Made by a program: the position numbers and the translations under genes. Positions 14,201 to 27,347 of a stretch of DNA of 64,000 bases are shown here, one piece after another. The notes under the pieces are model-generated. The model made no database searches, was not told the DNA's origin, and saw nothing but the letters and a program-made list of their open reading frames with translations. Every line of letters begins with the position of its first letter. Position 1 is the stretch's first letter. This DNA comes from Rotaria socialis (Eukaryota): positions 124,001-188,000 of the forward strand of contig CAJNYD010000117.1 of the NCBI GenBank assembly GCA_905331295.1. Reading direction: 5' to 3'.

Positions 14201-17200
14201 TAGAAATAGAAATATCTGTGTAATTCACATGTAAACCATCGGATACTTGAGCTGTAATATTAATAGTTTGATCAATCATGTGATATATATTATGTTTCAA
14301 TCGAAGATGACCAGTGTACTGGTCTATTTTAACATATGGATTTGGATCGATTGAATAAATTAGGTTATTCATGGAGTCGAAATCGATTGCATGAATTTGA
14401 CCAAATATTGTATCGCGTGGCAGATCAGAAAAAAGCTGATACGTATAATTGGCCAGTAAAAATCGAGGAATATTATCATTCATATCGACTATGGTGATGT
14501 GTAGTGTCATGCAAATTGACTGTAGTTGTAGTTGTTGGCCTTGGTCTGAAGCGATGATGTATAATTGGAGAAAAGTTTTTTTTTCGCGATCAATCTGTTG
14601 AATTAAATCAATTTGTCCAGTGTGAGAATTAATAGTGAAATGTTGATTGTTATCAAGTAATGAGTAGACAATCGTACCGCTGTCACCTATGAATTTATGA
14701 AGATTGTATATTAGTAGAATGATGAAGAAAGTTCCGATTTACCTTGATCAGGATCAATGGCCTGAACATGGAAAATATTTGTTTGTATTTGATTTTCGTT
14801 CAGGTAAATATGTTTATGAAATTCGTCGCAACGAGGAATATTATCATTGACATCGTTGATATAAATTGTTACGAGAATTTTTTGATAATATTTGTTTGAA
14901 TATTGAAAATGAAATAGTGAGCTTCCTTCAGGAGAACTGTTTATTTCTTGTAATTTCATTGCATAGGTAGGTTTTAATTCTAATTCTATTTCGAATGTAT
15001 ATCGGTCTTGTTTTTCACGGTCAATAGGCATTATTAGTTTAATTGTTTTCTCATTTTGATCGATAGTAAATGGTACCGATGTATCATTAATTGTATAGAA
15101 AAACAGATTATCTTTTTCATTATTAATAAACAAAGGAAACGAATCATCTTCGATTATTAAGCGATCGATAATTGTATTTATTTCTGCATCTTCAGCGAGA
15201 TGATAAAATGTTGAATTTCGATTAAAGCCAATATTAAGACAGATTATCTTCGTATTTGCAGGATAACTAATAAACATAAAAATGAATAGTGTGAGATCAT
15301 TTTTTGAAAATGTTTCAAATGCTGCTGTACGGAATTGAAGAAACAAATCGATTTTTTTTCGAAATTTCAATGCCTTTAAAAAACAAAACAGACTTTTCGG
15401 ATGAAACTTTCGAAAAAATGCCAATTTAATTTTCACAAATTCGGACCAACTTTTCTGCTTCGAGCACGAAACGGAATAAGAATCTTACCTTTGTTCCGGT
15501 AATATTGAAATTGATTGGTTTGCCCATAAGCTCGTATCCGACGATTTTCCTGTTAAATCTCGTCTAACTAATTTTGATGATAAATCAATATATATGTCAA
15601 TTTTCGCTTCAAAACTAATCGGTTCGCCCCAATCGAACGCTACAATTTGCAGATGATAAACTTGTGCTTTATTGAACTTTTCTTGCTTGCGTAGCTGTAG
15701 AATTCCACTATTCGGATTAATTTCAAACGGACAATTAGTAAAACAATTTCCTAAGCAATATGTAATGCGCCCATTTGTTTGTTTATTTTCATCCAAATCA
15801 AAGGCTCGAAATTTATATGGCAATTCATTGAGTTCGATTAATGTTTGATTATGAAATTGAGGTCGATGTTTATTTATTTCAATAACATCAATTTCAATAG
15901 TAGTTTTTACTGAATAACGTGCGCTTGATAGATAAATATCAACTTGAATATCTAAGATATATATTTGGCATTTCAAATATTTACCAAGGCGTAAAATAGA
16001 AGTTTTTGGATCTAAATTGAATTGAATATGATTATTTAATAATTGATAATTGATAATTAATTGTTCTTCAGGAACAATATGATTATATTGAAGTTGAATA
16101 TAGGTTAGAAATGAATTTTGTGGTAGATTTTCTTCGATGACGATTGGTTGAATTGTTTTGACATCAAATTGAAATAAACTCCAATCGATTGAATAAGTTA
16201 AATCATAATTTGCATATTGACATTGCGTACGATTAAAGAAACAAATGAAAAATTGAAGGTTATATTCTTGCGAATAAAATTTATTTAGATAAATTTTATT
16301 TTGATGAAAAACTAATTCGATTGAATTCGATGATGAGTTCAATAAGAGAAATATTTCAAAGAATTCTATCTGAGGTAATGTTTGAATAATTAAAATTGGT
16401 TGATGAATATTATGATAATTCCAATTTGTATTCTTCTTAAATAGAATTTTATATGTTGAAATCACGTCTTTGAATTCAATGATCTGATTGAAAATTGTTT
16501 GTATTCGGTGTAAAATTTTATTATTTTCTTGAAAAATTAATTTAACGTGCGCTTTCGTTTTTATATTATTATTAACAAAATATTTCCGATGACGATCATA
16601 TGCATGAACATCAAATTCATAAATCGCTTGTAAATTATCATTATTCGATACTAAATATAATTCTCCTGTATAGGGATGAAGTGAAAATGTATCATTGAAT
16701 GACGATGATAGTTCATAAAGAATTTGTGCATGTTGAATTTCATCCGCATCACTTGCATGAAAACTTATCAGTGATTGTTGCATTTCAATAGGCTCGGTGA
16801 AATTTTGTTCGTATGCGTCCATATCGAACACCGCGTCGTTATCATTGGAATCGGCTACATGAAGGTGAATCTAACAGATGAGAAATGTTATACAAGCAAA
16901 AAAAACAAGAATCTAGAATTCCGTTTGTGAAGATTTCATCATTCTTGAGTTGTTCAAAAACTTTCATTTTTCTGTCAATCCAATTTCATTATCGTACTCA
17001 GAATAGAATAATAATTTAAAGATTGTTTACTGCTCGAGTGCGGAGCTATATCTTAGTTCATTGTCGGTTAAAATTATATAAGTCGGATCAATAGTTCTAA
17101 TTGAACGAAGAAAAAAAGCTTATATCGGTTTCAGGAAATTGTGTATTATTATCTCCGATATTATGAATTTAACAATGGAAGTAGGTCAATTGTCAAAATG

Positions 17201-17806
17201 ACCAAATGAAGCTGTAGTTCCGATTAAATGTTAATTAAAAATAATATTCCGTCATAGAATATCCGTATTCTCTAGGCAAGTAAAACTTATTCACCTCATA
17301 TACGTAGCTAAAACGCTTTAGTCCCTACAGGAAAACATGTTGCGTTTTGACAACATGCGACTAAAAAGGGTTAACAGACATGCTTTATCTAGAATTTCAA
17401 ATAGTAGTAAAACAGAGCATACTTTTGCTTGTTCAGTCGAATTGCCTTCAATAGTAATAACAGTCGCTTGAAGACGTAGCACATAAATATTTTGATATTC
17501 TCGGTTGATATCAAACGGTCGTGTTATATTCAAAATAAAAAAATAAAAATCAGCTAAACGTTTTGTTTTAATCGAAAATAAACTATTATCATCGTCATCA
17601 TCAATAAGATTATATACGACAGATTTAATATTCGACGTATGATAAATTCCTGCTCGTATTCGATTAGGATAAAGAACTAATGAATTCGATAGAATATTTT
17701 CTTGACACCATATATCATAAATTGACTGTGTAAAATAAATATTTGTATTATCAATAATACGGCTTGTCAAAATTATATAAAGTATTAAGATAGATAATGA
17801 AGACAT
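2288..17806 (-). CDS. Fat-like (FAT1/FAT3/Fat2-type) giant protocadherin, ~4,120 aa, 19 coding exons
   Basis: Exons: 17423-17806, 15489-16870, 14743-15266, 14006-14686, 13022-13707, 12541-12966, 11977-12481, 10606-11864, 8220-10308, 7870-8120, 6663-7811, 5101-6439, 3702-4756, 3185-3223, 3042-3126, 2936-2974, 2866-2883, 2532-2801, 2288-2478. All GT-AG with consistent phases, total 12,372 nt. Signal peptide, Fat1-like first repeat (FTQSIY...RLADFYF...INREYQNIY), cadherin motifs (DxNDN, LDRE/IDRE, AxDxD), EGF repeats, a laminin-G domain (FSFRT...DGLWH), more EGF, a TM helix, and a C-terminal QTDV. Confidence 0.9.
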
Positions 17807-20062
17807 GCATAGAAACGTAGAACAATATGTCGAATCTAAAACAATAGGCTCATTTTTGGTATTTAGAAAGAATTAAACAAACTATCCTCTCCATTCTAAT
17901 CGCAATACACATTCATATGAAGTAACAAGTCTCTATCGCTGAAGAAAATACGCATCACTCATCATTGAATATCTAGCTTATTGCATGAATTCATAACGCA
18001 GTTTTTATAAGCGTATATTGATAAATAAATATACCATGTCTAATTTGTATTAGTGAGTAGACATCTATATATAAACATATTGCCGATGATAGATGAGCGC
18101 CGACGTTGACCATCAACTAGCGTGTCTGTACAATCTAAAAACACGAAATGCGTGTCGAACAAATTACTACCTTCATTTTTATTTATATATAGGTCATTGT
18201 GATTCATTTAACAGGATTGGATGAAACATCTTTATCCATAAACATTCGTTTCGAATTCTATCGATTGTTCAACGATGTCTTACTTGTCTACTTACTAATG
18301 AATATAATAACGAAGTATGACATGCTGCGAAATCATTTAGTTGTTGAACGCAAATGTGTGAAAATGCTTACTGGTTTAATGACGTGGTCGTATGAATAGT
18401 TTGTTTTTATTGTTGGCATGCGTAATGAAAACATAAAATGAAATAAAGAAGATAAATTTGAACACTTACCGTTCTGTGAAAATCTATTTGCTTTGAAAAA
18501 TTTTAATCTTATGCCATACTCTTCTCTATTATTAAAACGGGCTTCTCAGTTGAATAATTTATAATCTTAAACAATGGTCTATGTTTTTCTTTTCTCTAGA
18601 AACAATGAAAGAAAAAATTAGCTACTTCAGAATCAACATCATCCTACGGCCGACAAAAATAAACACATTGATGTAATGATCTATGATGTAATAATTATAA
18701 TAACGATAGTGAATATCGAAAAAAGACCAGTTTATAATTCATGACGGCATTTATTCTAGATCCGATTTCTTTTCTAACTACATTTTTATTTATGTCTTGT
18801 TTGTCAAGGCTTTTCTTTCTAGTGTTGGATGATGATGATAGAATTACGCAAAGCGCTTAACCGTACAATAGTAAAAGAATGAACAAAGACATCTATTCTC
18901 TTACAATATTTATTGAATGCACAACGCGTACATGCATATATTTGTTGAGACCCATCACTAACTTGTGAAAAGTAAGCGATCATTAGATTCAATGTCACAG
19001 GAGAGATCTTACTAATTTACATATAAGAATACGCTGGGTAATTTTTTATAATGGTTCAAAGTGTGAACAATTCGATAATCATCAAATGATTTGGATCGAT
19101 GATCGATGGCTATTCAGTACCAATCATTTTCATATACGGCGAAGAATAGTTCGGGTCAAGACGAAATCGTAATGTAACTGATTAAAGTAGCTAACATATG
19201 CAATGTTAAAAACAAAGAGAATCTCTATATCCCGTTTTTTTTGCTTATGATTCTTCCGAGTATTATGAGATGTAAAAGTTACCTGATATCGTATAAACCA
19301 CGATTGCAAATCAAGCAATGAGTAGAATTTTACTCGTATCAAAAAGGAATATTGAATGACTAAGTTCAATGAATAAAAAGAAAAGAATGATTACAACTTA
19401 CGCACGCAAAGTCAATTAGTTCAAGGAAAGAGAACAACTACTTACCGATAATTGTTTATTTATGCGAGCTGTAATAATGAAAAAGTGAATTCTTTCTACT
19501 GAGAATATTCTCTGACGATCACAAGTGGACACTTGCTGCTATTGCATATACATACTCACCATTTAGTCAAGAAGGTCATTTTGTTGTATGATGGTAAGCA
19601 AAAGGAGTACGATGAATACAAAAGAAAAGTTCTAATGGCATAACTTTTACACAGAGCTCAATCAAAATGATTGACCGATCGCATAAAACAAGCGACGAAA
19701 CAATTCAAATTCTTTTTTTATGTTATAACTATTATGTATATCGTTTGGATTGTTTTACTATTCGAAACAAAATGATTCGATAATTCGAAATCATTCTTTT
19801 GATGGGCATTGTGCTGATACTAGTGTAGTACCTACGAATTGTTAATTAAATATGAAAATCATGTTGATCGATTTTCTTCTTTTTCGCTCATGAAATTATG
19901 AAGAGCAAATGGAAGAGAAGGCGAAGATTGCGTCTATTCAATTGGAGTCAGAATATTGATACAATCGAGAGATCTTTATATTTTCGGAAGATATCCTTTT
20001 CATATTCGTTGGTGCTTTAATTGAATTTCACTTCGATCTACTATATGCATATGTGTCCATTT

Positions 20063-20953
20063 GGGGTTTGGTGGAAAAGGCAGAAAGGGGAAATATCGAA
20101 AAGGAAAACGTCGGAAAAAAAAGGAAAATGCCAAAAAGGAAAACATAGAAGGGGGAAATGCAGAAATTCTAAACGTCGAAAGAAAAAATTAGAAAAAGGA
20201 AAACGTCGAAAGGTAAATATCGAAAATTGCGTTTTTTAATAATTATAACGAAAAATAAAAATTAATTCGATCCCAGGTTGACTGATCCGACATCGGATCC
20301 GATAGGAGCCTGGAAATATCCTACAATCCGATACAATTCTATTGGATTCCGGGTCGAGGAATCGATGTCGGATCCTCAGTGTCGGAATCCTATGAACTTC
20401 CGATGGCATACAACGGTTTATCCTTGGAATTCATAGGAATCCGACACTGAGGATCCGACATCGATTCCTCGATCCGAAATCCAACGATAATTCTGTAAGA
20501 TCTGACAGGATCCGATAAAATCCTATTGGATTCCAGTCGGATCGGATGGGTTCCGATAGGTGCCTACTGTCGGATTTCTCGCCCTGGGATCATATGATAA
20601 AATTAAATTAAAAAAAAGAAAGCTAAGTTTATCAGCAGTATTTTCTTTTTTTGTGTGATCCAAGTAGTAATGCTAATCTCTTCAATAATTGCTTTGCACT
20701 GATTACCAAATCAAAAGAAAAAATTTTCGTTATCTATAGACATCTTTTTCATTCTACGTTTTCCTTTTCAAAATTCTTCTACTTTTTTTCTCTGGCAGTT
20801 TTTCTTCGACACTGTTATTAATTTTACTTTTTCCATTCGACGTTTTCCTCTTCGACGTTTTTACCTTCTGCAATTTCCAGTTTCGACGTTTTCTTTTTTT
20901 TTCGACATTTTCCTTTTCGGCGTTTTTCCTTTCTGCCTTTTCCGCCAATTCCC
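20063..20953. mobile_element. Foldback-type element with modular A-rich inverted arms
   Basis: The left end GGGGTTTGGTGGAAAAGGCAGAAAGG matches the reverse complement of the right end CCTTTCTGCCTTTTCCGCCAATTCCC. The arms are built from AAAACGTCGAA / TTCGACGTTTT modules. No clear TSD. Confidence 0.75.
20272..20588. mobile_element. CACTA/CMC-like MITE nested in the foldback element
   Basis: Termini CCCAGG...CCTGGG with a 2-bp AT direct repeat on each side, many ATCCGA/TCGGAT modules, and an internal inverted repeat with ~55-bp arms (~20342-20484). Confidence 0.75.
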
Positions 20954-22854
20954 TGAGGAACTTTGACTTTAATGTGATCCGTTATGTTAACACCGTGCGT
21001 GCTAAAACGATCATAGGAAAGATCAAACGACAAGAACTTGAAAATTCCCTCAGATGAAAAACTGTTGCATTAGTCTTCATTGTTATTTTGAAAACCGCCG
21101 TCGATAAGTTATGTCCTCTAATAAAGAGATCATAGGGATCCTTCTAGAGCCTGGAAAGCAAATATTTAAAAGTCGAAAATCCGTTTTAGTTTGGTATGTT
21201 GAACTGCAGTTTTCACGAGAAGTATTTCTTTCTAGTTGCACTCATCAACGAATAACTCAATCTGTTCCAAATGATCCAGGCGATCAATCCATTGTGACGA
21301 TATTTTAATTTAACTTCATTATCACTCATTTTTAGTGAGAATAGAAATTCGCCGAATGAATTTTTAATTAATACGCTTCTGAGAATCAGTTTTATAAGGC
21401 TAGATGCGTTCACATTGCAACAAAATGTTATTGTGACGTTCAAGGATGTTTTTAGTTATTATACTTATTTTAACACAGACTTCTTTGTAATGTTTTAACC
21501 TATTCCACTAGAAATTCAACAATAAGATACTTCACATACATTTTTCTAAATAAAACCGGAGTTCAACGTACTGAAGATAATTATGATAATGATTTCTTGT
21601 TTTTTAGATCTCAGTCATGCGTAAGATAAACCGTGCCTGTCATATTCTTTGATATTTTCCTTGTGATAATTCCATGGTGATGTTTGTCCTTGTTTGGATG
21701 GTTCAAACTTCATCTCGATGTGTTTGAACACTGTTTTAACATCGTGTTTCACAGAATGAAGAGATTTTTTATTCGAAATCAGCAAAGCCTGTGGTAGTAT
21801 TCTCTCGGAGAACGATGAAACTTCCGATTCGATAAGCACTTTTTCCTTTCTCAGGTAATTATTAAATTGAGAAAAAACTTTGCTAGAAGCTGTCTCTATC
21901 CTCATTAAACTATAAATGGAAACGATCATTAAAAGTAAAAATGATTAGAGAACTCTATTATTATATTACTATGTAAATATGTGTCTAATGGCATCTTTTA
22001 AGTATAGCTGTATTACTGTTGAAAGAGAATGACTTCGTTTACTCACATACAAAATTATTTAGAGCGCTAATAGAAAGTTTTTTTCGCCCGCAATTTGTTT
22101 TCACTATCATTTTTAATTCTGTTTCAACCATAAGTATGACATTCTATTTGATTTATGTTATTAAAAACTCCTTTGGGGACCCAGTGACCTAATGACTATA
22201 TCCAAAAAAATACCTGTCGAATCAGTGCTTGTTTTCTTCTTAATTTTCTTAACAATGTAGGGGAAATTTAATTTAAAAACCTGGAAGTCACGACATATAT
22301 ACAGACTGAATGTACTATTAAGAAACAAAATATCTATTCAATTCATCATGTAGGAGTATTTCGACAGGCAGATAAGAATATTGTCGATTCTCTCTAGTCA
22401 TCATACTTCTAATGCTTTGAACCATAGAAACTCTAATGAAAAAAATTAATTCGACAATTGGCATTTTGCTTGTTGATTCGCTGTCGCATATATTTCTCTT
22501 ATGCGTGCCTGCATGAATTATAAAATCAATTATTTTTAAATTTATAAAAAATATGTTAGTGATTTTTCGCTTGATATCATCTGCTTCCTGGCAGTTATTC
22601 TTGCAAAATTCTATATCGAATTGATTTATTAGAAGAGATTTCAATCGAAAACAATATATAGATATATACAAAACAACAGAGCAGTATCAATAGTTTATTG
22701 AATAATATAACAAGTGTAGAAGTTTTCATGCAATATTTATACACACTTGAAATCTGTCAATTAAACTGTTTTAGTGTTCTAATTCTGTTTCGGAGGAACA
22801 AAGAAAAGTAACGATTCTTTAGAAACAATAAAATATCTGTTCGTATCGTTTTGT

Positions 22855-24708
22855 TTAATGACCTTGAAATTGATGATGCGTTGGTTTTAAAGCTTTTACA
22901 AATAACAATGGTCGGTCACCGATGAGTTCGCGTTTTTTATTTCGACCAAATAAATTCCATAATGAATATAGCGGACTACTATCACTTGAATTTTTATTTG
23001 CTAATATTTGCGATTTATCATAATACATTTTGAGATGTCTACTTGCTGGTGATAAACCATTACGGTCGCATATTAAAGGCGATTTAATTGTAAACGATTG
23101 AAAATTTAGTTTATTTACTTGAGTATTATTTTGTTTTAAAGAAAATGCTGTTAAACGTCGAGATGTTTGATATAAACTTTGCCGATTGTTATTCATGGAA
23201 TAAAGTGAACCATGATGACTTGATGAATGTCCTGCATGTGGTATTAAACATGCACGTCCATTAAGACCCGTACGAGGAGTACCAGCCGGCTTCCTAATAC
23301 CATTACCAAAACGAGTGGGGAAAAAAAGCCGAACAAATTCTCGACGAAATATTCGTCCGGTGAGAGCATATAGAAAAAAATTGCATGAATGATTTATATA
23401 TTGACATAATTCAGCAACAGCTTTGCCAATAGCTAATGCTGTAAAATTATGATCTGGGCTTGATACACTTTGAACTATCTGCATTAATGACATCGGAGCT
23501 GAAAATACGCAAAATGCAATGCTAACAGATAATAACATAAATGTAATACGACGACCAACACGTGTATTATTCAATGAAGTTGGCTGTGTTGAATTGGCCA
23601 TCAATAATGATGAATGACCTGAAATACTAGAACTTGATGCTAATGAGTATTTCTGATAATGATTTAGTTGACGAAGATTTCGTAATTGTGCGCTAATACT
23701 TTCAGCGTGAAATACTCGTTGTATAATAAGTATACTTAGTAAAAGTAACAAAAAAAATGGTATGGCAGAATATTTTAATCCATCAATGTAAACAAAAATT
23801 TTCTGAACAAAATGATGAGCCCAACGTGTTGGATGGCACACGTGCGTGTTGTCATCAATTTTTTGTATTTCTAATGTTATTAGATAATGACCATCAATCA
23901 ATGCTAATACAGCAAAGATGACAACTAAAACCTAAATGAAAAAATTTTTCTAGGTTACTACATCTTTTCTAGATTTCAAGTTCATTCAAATGAACTTTCG
24001 TCATCTAGTACTCAACAGATTATATTAAAACTACGTGATTAGTACAAGGTCGATCTAATTATGCAGGACGTTCTTTTATTTTTGCTTGAAGTTTTATCTT
24101 TAATTATCTCTCTCATTATAAAATGGATCTGCGCGTATAAAGCGCACAAAGGTTCTGTTAAAAACTTGACACGTCTTACTTCTTTATCTACATCTCTTAT
24201 TAACTTAATGATGTAAAATCTTACCCATTTGGCTCGTCTCGTTGTACACATCTGTGAAGCTCTTAAGGGTCTTGAAACGGCGAAGTATCGTTCAAACGAC
24301 ATGCATACAGTAATCCATACACTAACAAAACAAAAAGAAAAGAACCGAATTTATAACAGATTCTCTTAGTTCATGTATTTCTTATCAAGTTTGTTACCTT
24401 GCATCGGCAAAGAAGACGAAAAGAAATGGAACTGATTTGCATGTAAAATTCGATTGAACAACTAACGTTGGAAATTGCATTAAATACAACCATTGATTTA
24501 AACAGCCTGTCCATAAAACAAATGTATCTGTTACGGCAAGAACTGCCATATAAAAGCAAGTTGATGATATGCGCATGCGTCTTCGACGCATTACAATAAA
24601 TGTCATTATATTACATAAAGTTCCAAACACAATAATTGCTGGTAAAAATATCGTTTCAATACGATAAACGTATGCCAATATGGCTGTTTCATTTGTTTCA
24701 TTGTTCAT
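22855..24708 (-). CDS. Class A (rhodopsin-like) peptide-type GPCR, FMRFamide/TRH-receptor-like, ~494 aa
   Basis: Exons 24398-24708, 24225-24321, 22855-23931. Motifs: GTLCN (TM1), LAVTD (TM2), SFERYFAV (E/DRY), FCVFSAP (TM6), NHSCNFFLY (TM7). Confidence 0.9.
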
Positions 24709-25687
24709 TGAGAATTTTTGTTTTCTGTTTTGTGCTTGTTTTATTTCAATATGAATTCATCTGAAAGAAAATATAGAAGAGTTTACTTCATATATTTATT
24801 CTTCTTCTTCTTCTTCTTCCTCTTCTTTCTGTGTATGTTTAACAAAATATAATTAAAGATAATAGAAAAAGGAAATCGAAAATGTTCTCGCATTGCGGTC
24901 TAAATTGTATCATAGAGAGAAAATAAAATGTTTACATTTGATACAGAAATGATAGATATGTGAAATATTGAATAGCTTGGATTAAGGATTTTTTGTTTCA
25001 TTAAAAGATCTTCGCATTTCCGATTGTTGCTATAAATAAAACTTCTCTTGGAATAAGTACTATTCTTTCAATGTTCAATCTCGTTTGAACTCAAAGTTTA
25101 CAATATTATGTTCAATGTAAGTTCATCAATAATATATTTTTCTGGATTATAGAAATTCTATATCGACAAGAAAAGACTTATCGAATAGAATGTCTCTTGC
25201 ACAGCAGAAAAAAGAGCTTCAGACGTTATGATCCTAGCTTGCCATCAAGATTTAAAAAGATGGAATTCAACATTAAACTTATCTTGATCCGAAAGCTAAC
25301 GGTTTACTCTTGGAATCTAAACACATTGCATTTCTTTCTTATATCTTATAATTTATTTGATTGTCGACGAGAGATTTGCGCAAAACGAAAATTATCACTT
25401 GCAAAATTAATCAAAAATAAAAAAGGATGAACTATTCATTCAAGTGAGATCACCACTATAAAATGTAGACGCTGCGTAAAAGGAAAATTCTAACGACTTG
25501 CTAAATACAAGTTTTCTCTTTTAACAAACGCACGCCCTTAACGTTAATTTCTTGCAAAATTTTAATTCAATATGTCGTCAATGAATAATAAAATTAGCAT
25601 GAAGCCCTACTACGAATAAGACCGTATGCATTGTAAAACCATAGATACGTCTATCATCATTTACTTCTATAGAAAAGCGCAACATTA

Positions 25688-27347
25688 CCCATGGAAAAAA
25701 ATTCAAAAAAAGAACGGATAAGAACGCGTTGTCGAGATAAAAGACTGCGTTGTGAAGACGCTTTTTCGACCTTTTCAGACGCGTTTGTGTAATGAAAAGC
25801 GCGTTCTTTTAAATAAAAGGAACGCGTTCTGATCGTTCCATAGGAACATGTTTTTCGCGGAAAAAACGCGTTCTTATTTAGAAGAAAAAAATCATTTATT
25901 TATTTTATTTTTAACTCTGTAATGCTCTCGAACGTGTTCGTTTGCTATTCGTACAAGTTCTCAGACTGCTGGTTCCTCTATTCGAATACTTGCGTTCGCA
26001 CTGAACGCGCTCCAATTCGTTTTGGATTTTACTACTGTACAGCGGATTCGACCAGATAAACTTACAGTTTCAAAGTAGTGAATATCCGAATGAACAATAC
26101 TTCCGTATGTTGGAAGAGCTAAATTTTCTATTTGTATTAAACAAAATTTATTCTGACGACGAAATTTATACTTAAGACTGATCCATTTACGTTTACGAAA
26201 AATTAAATAAATTCAAAAATAAATTTAAAGAACTTTAATTTCTTTTAAAATAAAATATTGGAAATTTAACGTTTTAATATTTTTTGACATTTAATAAAAA
26301 TTTTCTAATGTAGCTTACATTAATAAAAATTCGATACAAAGCTGTTCAAATTCAATTAAAATTCATGTAATTAGACTTGAATATTTCTCAGGCGATCTAA
26401 ACTCATTTACTGTAATTTTTATCGAATTCAAGTTTAGTTAAATTGGTTTAAATTGAATTTTTTTTCTATTTTAAAAAGTTAAATTCATTATAAATTTAAA
26501 TCGACAAAAGCTGAATTTAATAGAAATTAATTAGAAATCGATGGACAATTCTGATTTTTATTATGAACAAAAATAAGTGATGCGTTCGATGGCAAATAAA
26601 AATGTAATAAATACATTTGAGGCATACACTAGTATAACTTTTGCAAAATTTCTGTTTAATATTTAAAATCAATTGAAACCTTCCCGATTACTACTTTTTA
26701 AATAAAAGAAAGAATATACGATTTGAGAATGTACATTAAAAAAGCAAGAGATTAGCGAATTTGTTTGATAAAAAAAAAACTAGTTTAGGAAAAGGAAAAT
26801 CATTTACTACGAAACTCTAGATAGATGATCACTTTGCTTAAGAAGACACTACCTTTCAGTGCATTGGAACAGAAAGAAATTTTTTCATGTTGACACATAT
26901 TTCTTAATTGGCATAGCACTTTCGTTACATCTATTTCGATATACATATTTCAAATAATGAATTCCATTAAGTTAAAATGAGTCATTTTCACTACATAAAA
27001 GAACGCGTTCTGAAAGTTGTCGAAAAAGTTCTTCAGTATACGTTTTCAAGTGTTTTTGGAGAAACTGGTTTTCTAACTAAAAGAACGAATTACTCGCGAA
27101 CAAGTTCGAACGCATATCAGTTGAAAGCGTTCGTACGATAAAAGACGCCTCCACTATTAACGCGTTCAATATAATAAAAACGCGTTGCTTACCAACAAGT
27201 ATGCGTTCGAACGCGTTCACAATTTTGAGAAACGCGTCTAAACGCATCAATTTGTTCTTTGGAACGCGTTCGTAGTCGATGAAAGACGTTCAATTTTTTC
27301 GAAAACGCGTCCTTTCACTTTCATTATAACGAATAATTTTCCATGGG
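25688..27347. mobile_element. 1.66-kb non-autonomous CACTA/CMC-like DNA transposon
   Basis: TIR CCCATGGAAAA...TTTTCCATGGG with a TA direct repeat on both sides. Subterminal arrays of (GA)ACGCGT(TC) palindromes at both ends, an AT-rich core, and no long ORF. Confidence 0.8.

Noticed and set aside
18460..19450. Minus-strand GTAAG donors as 5' UTR exons of the cadherin gene
   Set aside because: Plausible but unverifiable without transcripts.
20021..21033. Lys/Arg-rich ORFs resembling basic nucleic-acid-binding proteins
   Set aside because: They are translations of the A-rich modular arms of the foldback element.
20954..21930. Possible degenerate minus-strand coding remnants (ORFs 21213-21443, 21615-21929)
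   Set aside because: Many stops and no recognisable domain, so no call can be supported without a search.
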